A DNA stretch of 49,701 nucleotides from Candidatus Methylomirabilales bacterium (GTDB taxonomy: Bacteria; Methylomirabilota; Methylomirabilia; Methylomirabilales; CSP1-5): positions 1-49,701 of the forward strand of contig JBFHXD010000003.1 in the NCBI GenBank assembly GCA_041599135.1. The letters run 5' to 3'. Every line of letters starts with the position of its first letter. The stretch's first letter is position 1. The translations under genes and the position numbers were made by a program. Positions 9,865 through 18,077 of the stretch are shown here, in pieces. Below the pieces are notes generated by a model that did no database searches, was not told where the DNA came from, and saw only the letters and a list, made by a program, of their open reading frames with translations.

Positions 9865-11280
9865 ATGGCAGAGATAAAGAGCACTGACATTCCTGTGCTG
9901 CCGTGGCCTGCAGTACCCACGCCGACGCCCGATGAAGTTTATAAGGGCCTCAGCGAGGCAGCCCAGGAATACCCGAGATGGCTGGAAACCCAGGTCCACT
10001 GGCGGGACGTCGGGAAAAAGCCGGAGAAGCTGAACCGGCTTCGCGTGCTCGATGTGACCCAGAAGAGCATGGGCGGGCACTGGTGCACGTCCCTCTTCGC
10101 CGAGCATGGGGCCGACGTCATCATGGTCGAGCCCCCCGGTGGAGATCCGAGCCGGCGCTTGACCCCCTTTAACCGCCAGCAGTACATGTTCAAGGACAAC
10201 GTGACCGGCGAGGCGATGGGAGCGAAGTTCCTCCACGAGTGCCGGAACAAGTTCTCCATCACCCTCAATCTGGAAAGCGCCGAGGGCCGGGAGCTGCTCA
10301 AGAAGCTCGCGGTGGATGCGGATGTGCTCGTCGAGAACTACCCCCCCGGGCAGTTCGACGCGTGGGGGATCGGCTATCGGCAGCTGTCCGAGATCAACCC
10401 CCGCCTGGTGTACGGCTGGATCGGACAGCGGGGACAGTGGGGACCGCTCAAGGATCGGCCCTGGATGTACGACCCCGTGGGGCAGAACGCCTGTGGATTT
10501 ACGCATGGGACCGGCGCCCCGTCGGCCTTCGGGGGTCGGCCCACCCGTTCCGGCATGTGGGTTTGCGATTACGTTGGCGGGACCTGCCTGGCCATGGGGA
10601 TCATGGTGGCCCTGAATTACCGGGATCGGATCTCGGGTCGTGGCCAGTTCGTCGAGGCGACCGGCGCGGCCGGGATCATGCGGATCATCGACTATAACTG
10701 GGGCTGGCAGGGGATGGACGGCAGCATCCGGCCCCGCTTCGGCAACTGGGACCTGGCCATCAACATCTATGCCGTCAACCCCTGTAAGGACGGCCAGATC
10801 ATGGTCGGTGGCGGACACGATCGGCTCTGGTTCCGGATCTGGAAGACGGTGGGTAAGGACCGACCCGAACTCGAGCAGCACATCGTCGAGGATCCGGCGC
10901 TCAAGATCGTCGTGGATCGGCTCCCCTACTATGCTCAGGTCGAGACCTATACCACCTTTGCCGACTGGTTCAAGGATAACACCCGCCTCGAGGCCGAGCT
11001 CAAGCTGCAGGCCGAAGAGGTGGCCTCGGGCGGTGTGACATTTGCCGATGAGGTGGCGGAGTTCCCGCACTTCAAGTACCGGGGGCATGTGCTCCAGATC
11101 GACGACCTCTCATACGGCAAGGTGGTTTACAGCCCGCCGTCGCAGCTGGCCCAGAAGGCGCCCCCGCGGGTGAAGTGGCTTGGCCGGCCGACGGGCTATG
11201 ACAACGAAGAGATCTATCGCAAGATCTTCGGGTTCAAGAAGGACGACATCGATGCCCTCAAGAAGAAGGGGGTCATCTAA
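9865..11280 (+). CDS. Family III (CaiB/BaiF) CoA-transferase, subunit 1
   Basis: Start re-called at ATG 9865 (GGAGGAGG RBS); GADVIMVEPPGGD, RNKFSITLNL, ADVLVENYPPG, INPRLVY; Asp retained in WVCDYVGG. Confidence 0.92.
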   Translation: MAEIKSTDIPVLPWPAVPTPTPDEVYKGLSEAAQEYPRWLETQVHWRDVGKKPEKLNRLRVLDVTQKSMGGHWCTSLFAEHGADVIMVEPPGGDPSRRLTPFNRQQYMFKDNVTGEAMGAKFLHECRNKFSITLNLESAEGRELLKKLAVDADVLVENYPPGQFDAWGIGYRQLSEINPRLVYGWIGQRGQWGPLKDRPWMYDPVGQNACGFTHGTGAPSAFGGRPTRSGMWVCDYVGGTCLAMGIMVALNYRDRISGRGQFVEATGAAGIMRIIDYNWGWQGMDGSIRPRFGNWDLAINIYAVNPCKDGQIMVGGGHDRLWFRIWKTVGKDRPELEQHIVEDPALKIVVDRLPYYAQVETYTTFADWFKDNTRLEAELKLQAEEVASGGVTFADEVAEFPHFKYRGHVLQIDDLSYGKVVYSPPSQLAQKAPPRVKWLGRPTGYDNEEIYRKIFGFKKDDIDALKKKGVI

Positions 11281-11306
11281 ACTCCTGAGACATGGAGGTC
11301 TGCAGC

Positions 11307-12665
11307 ATGGCGATGAGCTTTGAAGAGTACTGTCGGAGCGTCTTCGACGTAAAGAAGATCTTCGAAAAGCCCGAGGCCTTCAAGGGGTATACGGCCATCT
11401 CCACCACCCAGTACATCCTCGGCCCCTCGTGCGCCAACTACTTCGCCGAGCTGGGGATGGAGACCATCAAGATCGAGCTGCCCCGCCGGGGCGAGCCGAT
11501 GCGGCACACGACCCCGTATAACGAGCCCTTCCTGTATCCCTTGTCCCGGTGGATGCCGGACAAGGGGACGGGTTTGGGCTTTTTCGGCGCCAACCACAAC
11601 GAGTACTTTCTCGCGGTGGACTTTCACAAGCCCGAAGGCGTAGAGATCGTTCATCGGATCCAGGCCAAGGCCGATGTCCAGTGCGAGAACTACCGGCCCG
11701 GCACCTTTGACCGGTGGGGGATCGGCTACCGCCAGGCCTCCAAGATCAACCCCCGCCTGGTGTACATCTGGATGGGCGGCTTTGGCGGCTGGGGGCCGGG
11801 GCGGGTCCGGGCGTCGTACGACATCCTGGGCCAGGCCCAGGGGGGAACGTTCTCCATCACCGGCTTCCCCGGCCCGGGGTCCGGTCATCCGGCCATCGGG
11901 CTCCCCTCCAAGCACACCATCTGGCTCGCCGACTACTGGGGGGGCATGATGGGCTGCTTTGCCGGTCTCGCCGCGCTCTGGTGGCGGGATAACGTTTCGG
12001 GGACCGGCGAGTTCATCGAGTACAGCCAGGTCCACGGCGCGACCCGGATCATCGAAGGAACCATCCCTCTGTTCGGCCGCTACGGGGTCGTGGCTCAGCG
12101 GTGGGGGAACTGGGATCGAGAGCTTTGCGTCCACGGGATCGTCCAGTGCGGGAAGCCGTCGTACCCGGACTCCAAGATCATGCTCGAGCTGGAACCGGGA
12201 CAGATCCTGATCTCGGCCCCCGAGGACAGCGAGTTCGCCAAGCTCTGCCAGACCATCCCGACCCTCAAGGGGCTGGCGTCGAAGTACGCCAAGTACAACG
12301 ATCGCGTTCAGCCCGCGGCCCAGTCCGAGATCTATACCGCCATGGAAGAGTGGGCCAAGGACAAGACCAAAGAGGAAGTCTGGCAGATCATGGAGAAGGC
12401 CGACATCAACAGCCAGCCGGTCTGGAGCAACAAGGAATGCGCCCAGCAGGAGCACTTCCACCTGCGGGATGAGCTGCACTGGCTGGATGACCCGTACTTC
12501 GGCGACGTCCTGAGCCAGGGGTTGCCGTACCATCTGTCCGAGACGCCGGCCCGGCACCGGTGGGTCTTCAAGCCGGTCGGCGCGGATAACGAGTACATCC
12601 TGCAGAAGTACTGCAACTACGGCTTGGACGAGATCCGCGAGCTGGAGAAGAACGAGATCATCTAA
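11307..12665 (+). CDS. Family III (CaiB/BaiF) CoA-transferase, subunit 2
   Basis: Start likely ATG 11307 (GGAGGT RBS); IKIELPRRGEPMR, ADVQCENYRPG, INPRLVY, YDILGQA; Asp retained in WLADYWGG. Confidence 0.92.
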   Translation: MAMSFEEYCRSVFDVKKIFEKPEAFKGYTAISTTQYILGPSCANYFAELGMETIKIELPRRGEPMRHTTPYNEPFLYPLSRWMPDKGTGLGFFGANHNEYFLAVDFHKPEGVEIVHRIQAKADVQCENYRPGTFDRWGIGYRQASKINPRLVYIWMGGFGGWGPGRVRASYDILGQAQGGTFSITGFPGPGSGHPAIGLPSKHTIWLADYWGGMMGCFAGLAALWWRDNVSGTGEFIEYSQVHGATRIIEGTIPLFGRYGVVAQRWGNWDRELCVHGIVQCGKPSYPDSKIMLELEPGQILISAPEDSEFAKLCQTIPTLKGLASKYAKYNDRVQPAAQSEIYTAMEEWAKDKTKEEVWQIMEKADINSQPVWSNKECAQQEHFHLRDELHWLDDPYFGDVLSQGLPYHLSETPARHRWVFKPVGADNEYILQKYCNYGLDEIRELEKNEII

Positions 12666-12680
12666 ATGGTCAGTCGATGG

Positions 12681-12711
12681 CCAGGGGGGCCGCCGAGGGC
12701 GGCTTCCCTGG
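12681..12711 (+). other. Intergenic GC-rich hairpin without U-tract
   Basis: CCAGGGGGGCCGCC-GAG-GGCGGCTTCCCTGG. Confidence 0.55.
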
Positions 12712-12731
12712 GCTGACAAGGAGGTGTCTGC

Positions 12732-13133
12732 ATGGCAGACTTCAAGCATTGTTCGCTGATCATGGAGTGCGGCAAGTGCTCGATTCTCAACTACCTGGAT
12801 CCCTTCACCTTCTGGTTCTTCGAGGGGAAGGTGAAGTGCGCCGGCTGCGACGCCATCTGGGCGATCAAGATCGACAACGGGGTCCGGGTCTCGGGCCCGA
12901 CCGAGGGCAAGCCGCCCCATGATAAACTCCCCGGCTACGCGCAGACGAAAGACTACAAGACCAAGATCACCGACACGACCAAGGTCAACCCGCCGGTCAT
13001 GGCCCGGGCCGACTTTGTCGGCAAGCCGATCCCCATCACCAAGAGCATCCGGGGCAAGCCGGTGAGCGGCGCGCCGCTCAAGGCCGAAGACCTGGTCGGC
13101 AGCCGGCCGCGTTTTATCAAGGAGGGGAAGTAG
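12732..13133 (+). CDS. Hypothetical Zn-ribbon protein (CxxC...CxxC)
   Basis: AAGGAGGT RBS; CGKC and CAGC pairs; codon style matches the neighbouring genes. Confidence 0.8.
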   Translation: MADFKHCSLIMECGKCSILNYLDPFTFWFFEGKVKCAGCDAIWAIKIDNGVRVSGPTEGKPPHDKLPGYAQTKDYKTKITDTTKVNPPVMARADFVGKPIPITKSIRGKPVSGAPLKAEDLVGSRPRFIKEGK

Positions 13134-13143
13134 GAGCGACTAG

Positions 13144-13593
13144 ATGCCCAAGCCGAAAAAGAAAGCGGCGGGGCGGGGTCGACGTCCTGCACGGGGCAAG
13201 ACACCGAAAGCGAAAGCGCGCCGACCCAAGCCGAAGGCGAAGGCCAAGAGGCCGAAGAAGCCGGCGCCAGCCCGAAAGGGCAAAGCTGTCGCTCCCAAGC
13301 AGAAAAAGAAGGTCCGGGCTCCGGCCAAGCCGGCGCGCCGGGCCCGCAAGCCCGCGGCTCTGAAACCCGCGGCGCCCAAGACCGTTGCCCCGAAACCCGC
13401 GGCCCCCAGACCCGCTCCTGTCGAGCGGAAGGAGGAGACAAGGATGGCCGGACAGAGTTGCCCAATCCACAACAGCCCTGACTGCTTCAAGCCGGCGCTC
13501 GATGCCTTCGTTCAGAAGGCATACGACGGCTACTGCACCAAGATCGACTGGCCCTACTGGAGGATCATCCCTAAGGGATGGAAGCCCAAGTAG
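13144..13593 (+). CDS. Lys/Ala/Pro/Arg-rich histone-like region fused to a 49-aa Cys/His domain (internal start at 13444 possible)
   Basis: KPKAKAK and KPAA repeats; AGGAG before ATG 13144 and AAGGAGGAG before in-frame ATG 13444. Confidence 0.65.
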   Translation: MPKPKKKAAGRGRRPARGKTPKAKARRPKPKAKAKRPKKPAPARKGKAVAPKQKKKVRAPAKPARRARKPAALKPAAPKTVAPKPAAPRPAPVERKEETRMAGQSCPIHNSPDCFKPALDAFVQKAYDGYCTKIDWPYWRIIPKGWKPK

Positions 13594-13622
13594 CGCTCCG
13601 AATGGGCTGATCGACACGTAGG

Positions 13623-13661
13623 ATAAGCCACGGCTGTGACGAGCAGCCGTGGCTTATTTTT
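13623..13661 (+). terminator. Intrinsic terminator closing the CoA-transferase operon
   Basis: 14-bp stem ATAAGCCACGGCTG / CAGCCGTGGCTTAT, 7-nt loop, T-tract. Confidence 0.85.
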
Positions 13662-13675
13662 GCCGCGAGACAACC

Positions 13676-13748
13676 TTGACCGAACAAAAGGGGCATGGTA
13701 GGGTGGCCGTGCTTTCAGGGGATATCGGACATATAATAGACATATAAT
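13676..13748 (+). promoter_or_regulatory. Putative promoter plus 11-bp-period direct repeat operator
   Basis: TTGACC-N17-TAGGGT; GACATATAAT x2 at 13728 and 13739. Confidence 0.45.
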
Positions 13749-13771
13749 GGTTGAGGAAAGGGGGAGAAGCG

Positions 13772-14146
13772 ATGAAAGTCGAATTTTATTACAGCAGTAA
13801 GGACGAGCCGGCGAAGCAGTACCACTGTGACAACCAGAAGGCCCTGGAGCTTGCCAAGCAGTTGCAGGGGAAGGGAGTCAACATCAAGATCCAAGACTGT
13901 GGAGAGCAGCCAGCCAGCTTCATGACGTACAACGCAGCCGTAACCGGGCCCAGCGCCGCCAAGCGTGCGGTCTTTGGGACCAAGGGGGCATTAGAAGAGG
14001 AGTTCGGGAAAGCGGTCCCGGCGCTGCTCGTCTTTGAGAAGGAAGGGGACCGGTACCCCACCGAGGTCTTTCCCCGCATGGATAAGGAACAAAACAAACT
14101 GATCGGCCCCGAGGAGGCCCTGCAGAATCTGCTGAGCCAGGCCTAA
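13772..14146 (+). CDS. Hypothetical protein (possibly thioredoxin-like fold)
   Basis: Start re-called at ATG 13772 (GGGGAG RBS); KVEFYYS...VPALLVF pattern; 17 nt upstream of the ligase. Confidence 0.7.
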   Translation: MKVEFYYSSKDEPAKQYHCDNQKALELAKQLQGKGVNIKIQDCGEQPASFMTYNAAVTGPSAAKRAVFGTKGALEEEFGKAVPALLVFEKEGDRYPTEVFPRMDKEQNKLIGPEEALQNLLSQA

Positions 14147-14163
14147 AAGGAGGAGGAGGCGAC

Positions 14164-15840
14164 ATGGGAAAAATCCCGGAAGGATATCTCCCCCCGAAGG
14201 AGCTCTGGCCAAACCGACTCTACACGCTCCCAGAATACCAGGCCTACCCGCAAAAATTTAACAACACCGAGGAGTTGCTGGACAAGCAGGTGGCCGCGGG
14301 GAAAGGCGATCGGCCCGCCATCCTCTTTGAGGACAGAAAGATTCCCTATAAGGCGCTGCTCGGCATGGTCAACAAGCTCGGCAGCAGCCTGAAAGCCTTG
14401 GGCATCGAGGAGGCGGACCGGGTGGCGCTTCGCGCCCCGAATATCCCTCCTGCGCTGGTGAGCAATTTCGCGGTCCTGAAGATTGGTGCGATCTTCCTGC
14501 CGACCTCCGGCCTCTTCTCGCGGGCCGAGATCGCCCACGTCTTTAACAATGCCGAGGTCAAGGCGGTGGTCGTGGCGGCCGCGATGCTCGAGGAGCTGGA
14601 GAAGGCCAAACCCGATCTCAAGACCTTGCAGCATGTCATTATCATCGGCGGCACGCCCGAGCAACAGGCCGAGTACAAGCAGAAAGGCTATCTCCTGTAT
14701 CAGGAGCTTGTGGACGGCGGGAAGCCGGAGTGTGACCCGGTGCGCCGTGATCGCATGGATATCTCGGTCCTGCTCTACACCTCGGGAACCACCGGCCTGC
14801 CCAAGGGGACAGTCCATTTCAATGAAGAGGCGCTCATTATCCCCGACGGCTTTGGCAAGTACTGCTGGAATGTCACCGAGAACGATGTGATCCTGAGCGG
14901 TGCCCCCATCGCCATGGCCGCCGGATACTCGGCCGTGGCGTCGATCCCATACCGATTCGGGGCCTCGGTCTCCATCTTCCCCCGCTTCACCCCGGAGGGG
15001 TTGTTCGAGCAGATCCAGAACCACAAAGTGACACTCCTCTCGGCCCTGCCGACGGCGTATCGCAAGATGCACCAGGTCGCGGATGCCGAAAAGAAGTACG
15101 ACCTCAGTTCCCTCCGGATCTGTACCGGTGGGGGCGAGTCACTCACCGCGAAAACATACCACGATTGGAAGGCCAAGTTCGGCCAGGAGATCTTCGAGGG
15201 GCTGGGAACCACCGAGATGATGTTCGTCTTCATCTCGTCCGCGGCTACCAAGAAGGTCAAGCCCGGCTCGATCGGACCAGCTGTTCCAGGATATGAAGTC
15301 AAGGTCATCAACGAGGAGGGGAAGGACTGCAAGCCGGGAGAGACCGGACAACTCGTGGCGCAGGGCCCGACAGGGACCGTGTACTGGCGCGATAATGAAA
15401 AGCAGCGATCCGTCGTCAAGGATGGCTGGTGCCGGGCCGGCGATATGGTCACCATGGACGAGGATGGCTATATCTGGTTCCTGTCCCGCGAGGACGACCT
15501 GATCAAATCTTCCGGCTACCGAATCGGACCGGAGGAGATCGAGGATGTCCTCGTCACCCACGCGTCGGTGGCAGATGCGGGTGTTGTCGGGGTCGCAGAC
15601 CCGGTGATGGGCCAAAAGACCAAGGCCTACGTCCAGCTCAGAGAGGGCAAGCAGGGTTCGGAGGATCTGAAGCAAGAGCTGGTCGAATTCTGCCGGGGCA
15701 AGGTCGCAGTCTACAAGCTCCCACGGGACGTGGAGTTTATTGACAAGATGCCGCGGGCACCGGGCCCGGGGGGTCCCGGAACGGGCAAGCTCCTGCGCCG
15801 CGTTCTGAGGCAGCGCGAGGCAGAGCAAGCCAAGGCGTAA
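14164..15840 (+). CDS. AMP-forming acyl/aryl-CoA ligase, benzoate/2-aminobenzoate-CoA ligase-like
   Basis: N-terminal LPPKELWP; YTSGTTGLPKG P-loop; GLGTTE; GD..MDEDGY; R.DDLIKSSGYRIGPEEIE; C-terminal TGKLLR. Confidence 0.9.
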   Translation: MGKIPEGYLPPKELWPNRLYTLPEYQAYPQKFNNTEELLDKQVAAGKGDRPAILFEDRKIPYKALLGMVNKLGSSLKALGIEEADRVALRAPNIPPALVSNFAVLKIGAIFLPTSGLFSRAEIAHVFNNAEVKAVVVAAAMLEELEKAKPDLKTLQHVIIIGGTPEQQAEYKQKGYLLYQELVDGGKPECDPVRRDRMDISVLLYTSGTTGLPKGTVHFNEEALIIPDGFGKYCWNVTENDVILSGAPIAMAAGYSAVASIPYRFGASVSIFPRFTPEGLFEQIQNHKVTLLSALPTAYRKMHQVADAEKKYDLSSLRICTGGGESLTAKTYHDWKAKFGQEIFEGLGTTEMMFVFISSAATKKVKPGSIGPAVPGYEVKVINEEGKDCKPGETGQLVAQGPTGTVYWRDNEKQRSVVKDGWCRAGDMVTMDEDGYIWFLSREDDLIKSSGYRIGPEEIEDVLVTHASVADAGVVGVADPVMGQKTKAYVQLREGKQGSEDLKQELVEFCRGKVAVYKLPRDVEFIDKMPRAPGPGGPGTGKLLRRVLRQREAEQAKA

Positions 15841-15867
15841 GAGAGACAATCGAGGAGCAAAACCAGT

Positions 15868-15897
15868 GAGGGGACTCTGCGGGGTCCCCTCTTTTGT
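15868..15897 (+). terminator. Intrinsic terminator after the CoA ligase
   Basis: GAGGGGAC...GTCCCCTC followed by TTTTGTT. Confidence 0.8.
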
Positions 15898-16066
15898 TGC
15901 CAGACACTCCCGACCTCGAATAGTATGTATGGCTGCGTTCTTGTGTTTCTCTCCCGAACAGAGCATCATCACTTCCCTGACGATTCCTACGTCACCGGAT
16001 ATATCGAGTGTCGGTATGTCGATGAAATGGTTCAGCAGCACTCCGGTGCCTAGCCATATTTTTCCC

Positions 16067-16124
16067 TTGACAGCTTTGGGTAGGGTACTGTTTAATCTGG
16101 AGAACTGCGTTCTATATGGAGAAC
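16067..16124 (+). promoter_or_regulatory. Promoter and palindromic operator of the second IclR gene
   Basis: TTGACA-N18-TTTAAT; GTTCTATATGGAGAAC at 16109-16124. Confidence 0.55.
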
Positions 16125-16901
16125 ACACAACTAATGAAGGAAGATCGCGTCCCAGCGGTGGAGAGTGCAGTCCGGATCCTCAAGTTCCTGAAAGACCGGA
16201 ACCATCGGCCCTGGGGGGTTTCGGAGCTCAGCCGGTCCCTTCAGCTCAATAAAAGCACGTGCTTCAACATCCTCAAGGCCCTCACCGGTCATGAGCTGGT
16301 CGCCTACGATGAAGGAACCAAAAAGTACGCCCTGGGATCCGCCCTGATCGAACTCGGGGGTGCCGCGTCGGCTGCCACCAGTCGTGCTGAGGTAGCAAAG
16401 CCTTTCCTCCAAGATCTCTTTGAAGAGTTAAAGCTCACCTGTCTCTTGGGACAGCGATTTCAGGATAGGGTGATTATTGTGGATCGCGTGGAGGCTCAGG
16501 ATGCCTTCCGGATTACGATTCCGATCGGACAGGCGCTCCCCCTCGGTCAGGGGGCCCTGGGACGGTGCTTCCTTGCCTATCTTCCCGAGGCGGATCTCGA
16601 CCACCTCCGGGCCCTCGGGGTCCTGGAGCAGGCTGACCCCCGCAAAGGGTACCACCAGATTAAGACGGCCTTAGCCAAAGTCCGGCGCCAGGGGTTTGCG
16701 GAGAGCTTTGGAGAGGTCGCCAAGGGGGTCAACGCTGTGGCCACACCTATTTTCGATCACCGGGGCGATGTACCGCTGGCCCTCGGGGTCATTGGCTTTG
16801 CCTCTCTGCTTACACCCCGTCGGCTAGCCCGCTGCGGACGAAAACTCCGTGAGGTTTCTGGGCTGATTACCCGTATCATGGGGGGTCAGGCCAGGCCGTG
16901 A
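16116..16901 (+). CDS. IclR-family transcriptional regulator
   Basis: VPAVESAVRIL, GVSELSRSLQLNKSTCFNIL HTH; GALGRCFLAY; GVNAVATPIFD (start could be ATG 16134). Confidence 0.94.
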   Translation: MENTQLMKEDRVPAVESAVRILKFLKDRNHRPWGVSELSRSLQLNKSTCFNILKALTGHELVAYDEGTKKYALGSALIELGGAASAATSRAEVAKPFLQDLFEELKLTCLLGQRFQDRVIIVDRVEAQDAFRITIPIGQALPLGQGALGRCFLAYLPEADLDHLRALGVLEQADPRKGYHQIKTALAKVRRQGFAESFGEVAKGVNAVATPIFDHRGDVPLALGVIGFASLLTPRRLARCGRKLREVSGLITRIMGGQARP

Positions 16902-16909
16902 ATTTCCCC

Positions 16910-16966
16910 TTGACGAATAGCAGTCGAGGTGGTATCCTCCCGAGGATTTCGTTCTATTGGTCGAAC
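16910..16966 (+). promoter_or_regulatory. Promoter and operator of the U32 operon
   Basis: TTGACG-N17-TATCCT with extended -10 TG; GTTCTATTGGTCGAAC at 16951-16966. Confidence 0.6.
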
Positions 16967-16979
16967 GACGAGGGCTGTC

Positions 16980-17903
16980 ATGTGGGTTAGCAGCGGTGGA
17001 ATACTCCTGGCTCCCGCGGGGAGCGTCCAGGCCGCCAAGGCCAGCTTAGAGGCAGGAGCGGATGCCATCTATGTTGGGCTGAAGGGATGGAGTCGAGGGG
17101 GTGGACGAGGCGAGCTCACCCCTGTTCAGCTCCGGAAGGTCCTGGCCCTCGCTCGCCAAAGGGATGCAGCCGTGCAGCTGGCCCTCAACACCATCCCCCG
17201 CGGGCGTGAGATCGATTACCTCCTCGAGCGCCTCCCGGAACTCAAAGGATGGGGCATCACGGGGGTCATCCTGAACGACCCTGGCATCCTAGCATTCATT
17301 CACCGGTGTTATCCCGAGCTGCCCCTCACCGCGAGCATTGGGTGTGGTGCCCTCAATGTGGATGATGTCGCCCTGCTAGAGGAGATCGGCGCGACCTGCA
17401 TCGTCCTGCCGGGAACGGTACATCCTGCAGAGATTGCCGAGATGCGACCGTATGTCAAGGCTCAGATCGAGGTCATGATCCACATGGTGGATGAGTTTCA
17501 CCAGCTCGGGAAGTGCTGGATGCCGAGCTATTATCGGACGAACCGCTCTCCGATACCAGAGATGCCGGCCGACGGTGAGCGTCTCACGGGATCGATCAAG
17601 CGAGGCGGGTCGGGAGTCTGCTTCAAGGTCTGCCAGCATCCCTGGGGCCTCTATCTGAATGGACAAAAAAAGGAGGAGCGCATGCTGCCCGCCCGACAGG
17701 TGAGTCGGGCTCCAGAGGTCGGCGCCTACCTCGACGCGGGGGTGGACGTGATCAAACTTCAGGGGAGGAGTTTGCCGCCTGAGCTGGTCTTCCCCCTGGT
17801 TCGGCGATTCCGCGTGGCCATTGATCAGGTTAGGGAGGGACGGCAGCTCTTGGAGGTGGCACAATTTGAATTGCCGGCCTCGTGGGTCGTGGTGGGACGA
17901 TGA
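16980..17903 (+). CDS. Peptidase U32-family Fe-S protein, UbiU/TrhP-like (paralogue 1)
   Basis: Start re-called at ATG 16980; LLAPAGS, GADAIYVG, LGKCW, GVCFKVC, IKLQGR. Confidence 0.88.
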   Translation: MWVSSGGILLAPAGSVQAAKASLEAGADAIYVGLKGWSRGGGRGELTPVQLRKVLALARQRDAAVQLALNTIPRGREIDYLLERLPELKGWGITGVILNDPGILAFIHRCYPELPLTASIGCGALNVDDVALLEEIGATCIVLPGTVHPAEIAEMRPYVKAQIEVMIHMVDEFHQLGKCWMPSYYRTNRSPIPEMPADGERLTGSIKRGGSGVCFKVCQHPWGLYLNGQKKEERMLPARQVSRAPEVGAYLDAGVDVIKLQGRSLPPELVFPLVRRFRVAIDQVREGRQLLEVAQFELPASWVVVGR

Positions 17904-17911
17904 AACAGGGT

Positions 17912-17961
17912 CGATGACCGACTACTGACGACCGATGACCGCTGACCGATCACCGACGACC
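17912..17961 (+). repeat. Heptamer tandem run (CGATGAC-like)
   Basis: CGATGAC CGACTAC TGACGAC CGATGAC CGCTGAC CGATCAC CGACGAC. Confidence 0.75.
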
Positions 17962-18077
17962 AGGAACCAAGAGCTCGGAGCGCAAGCCAGATGTCGCCTG
18001 CCCCGGAAGGAACCCCTTCCTCGCTCTTGGCGACTTCGGAGGTTCAACTTCGTACCTTAAGCCGTGAAGGGTGAATC

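Noticed and set aside
9598-12920. Long antisense ORFs opposite the CoA-transferases
   Set aside because: Explained by the strong GC3 bias of the sense genes; no domain signatures.
16101-16113. LexA (GAAC-N4-GTTC) SOS box
   Set aside because: Spacing is N3, and the overlapping GTTC-N8-GAAC site recurs at the next promoter.
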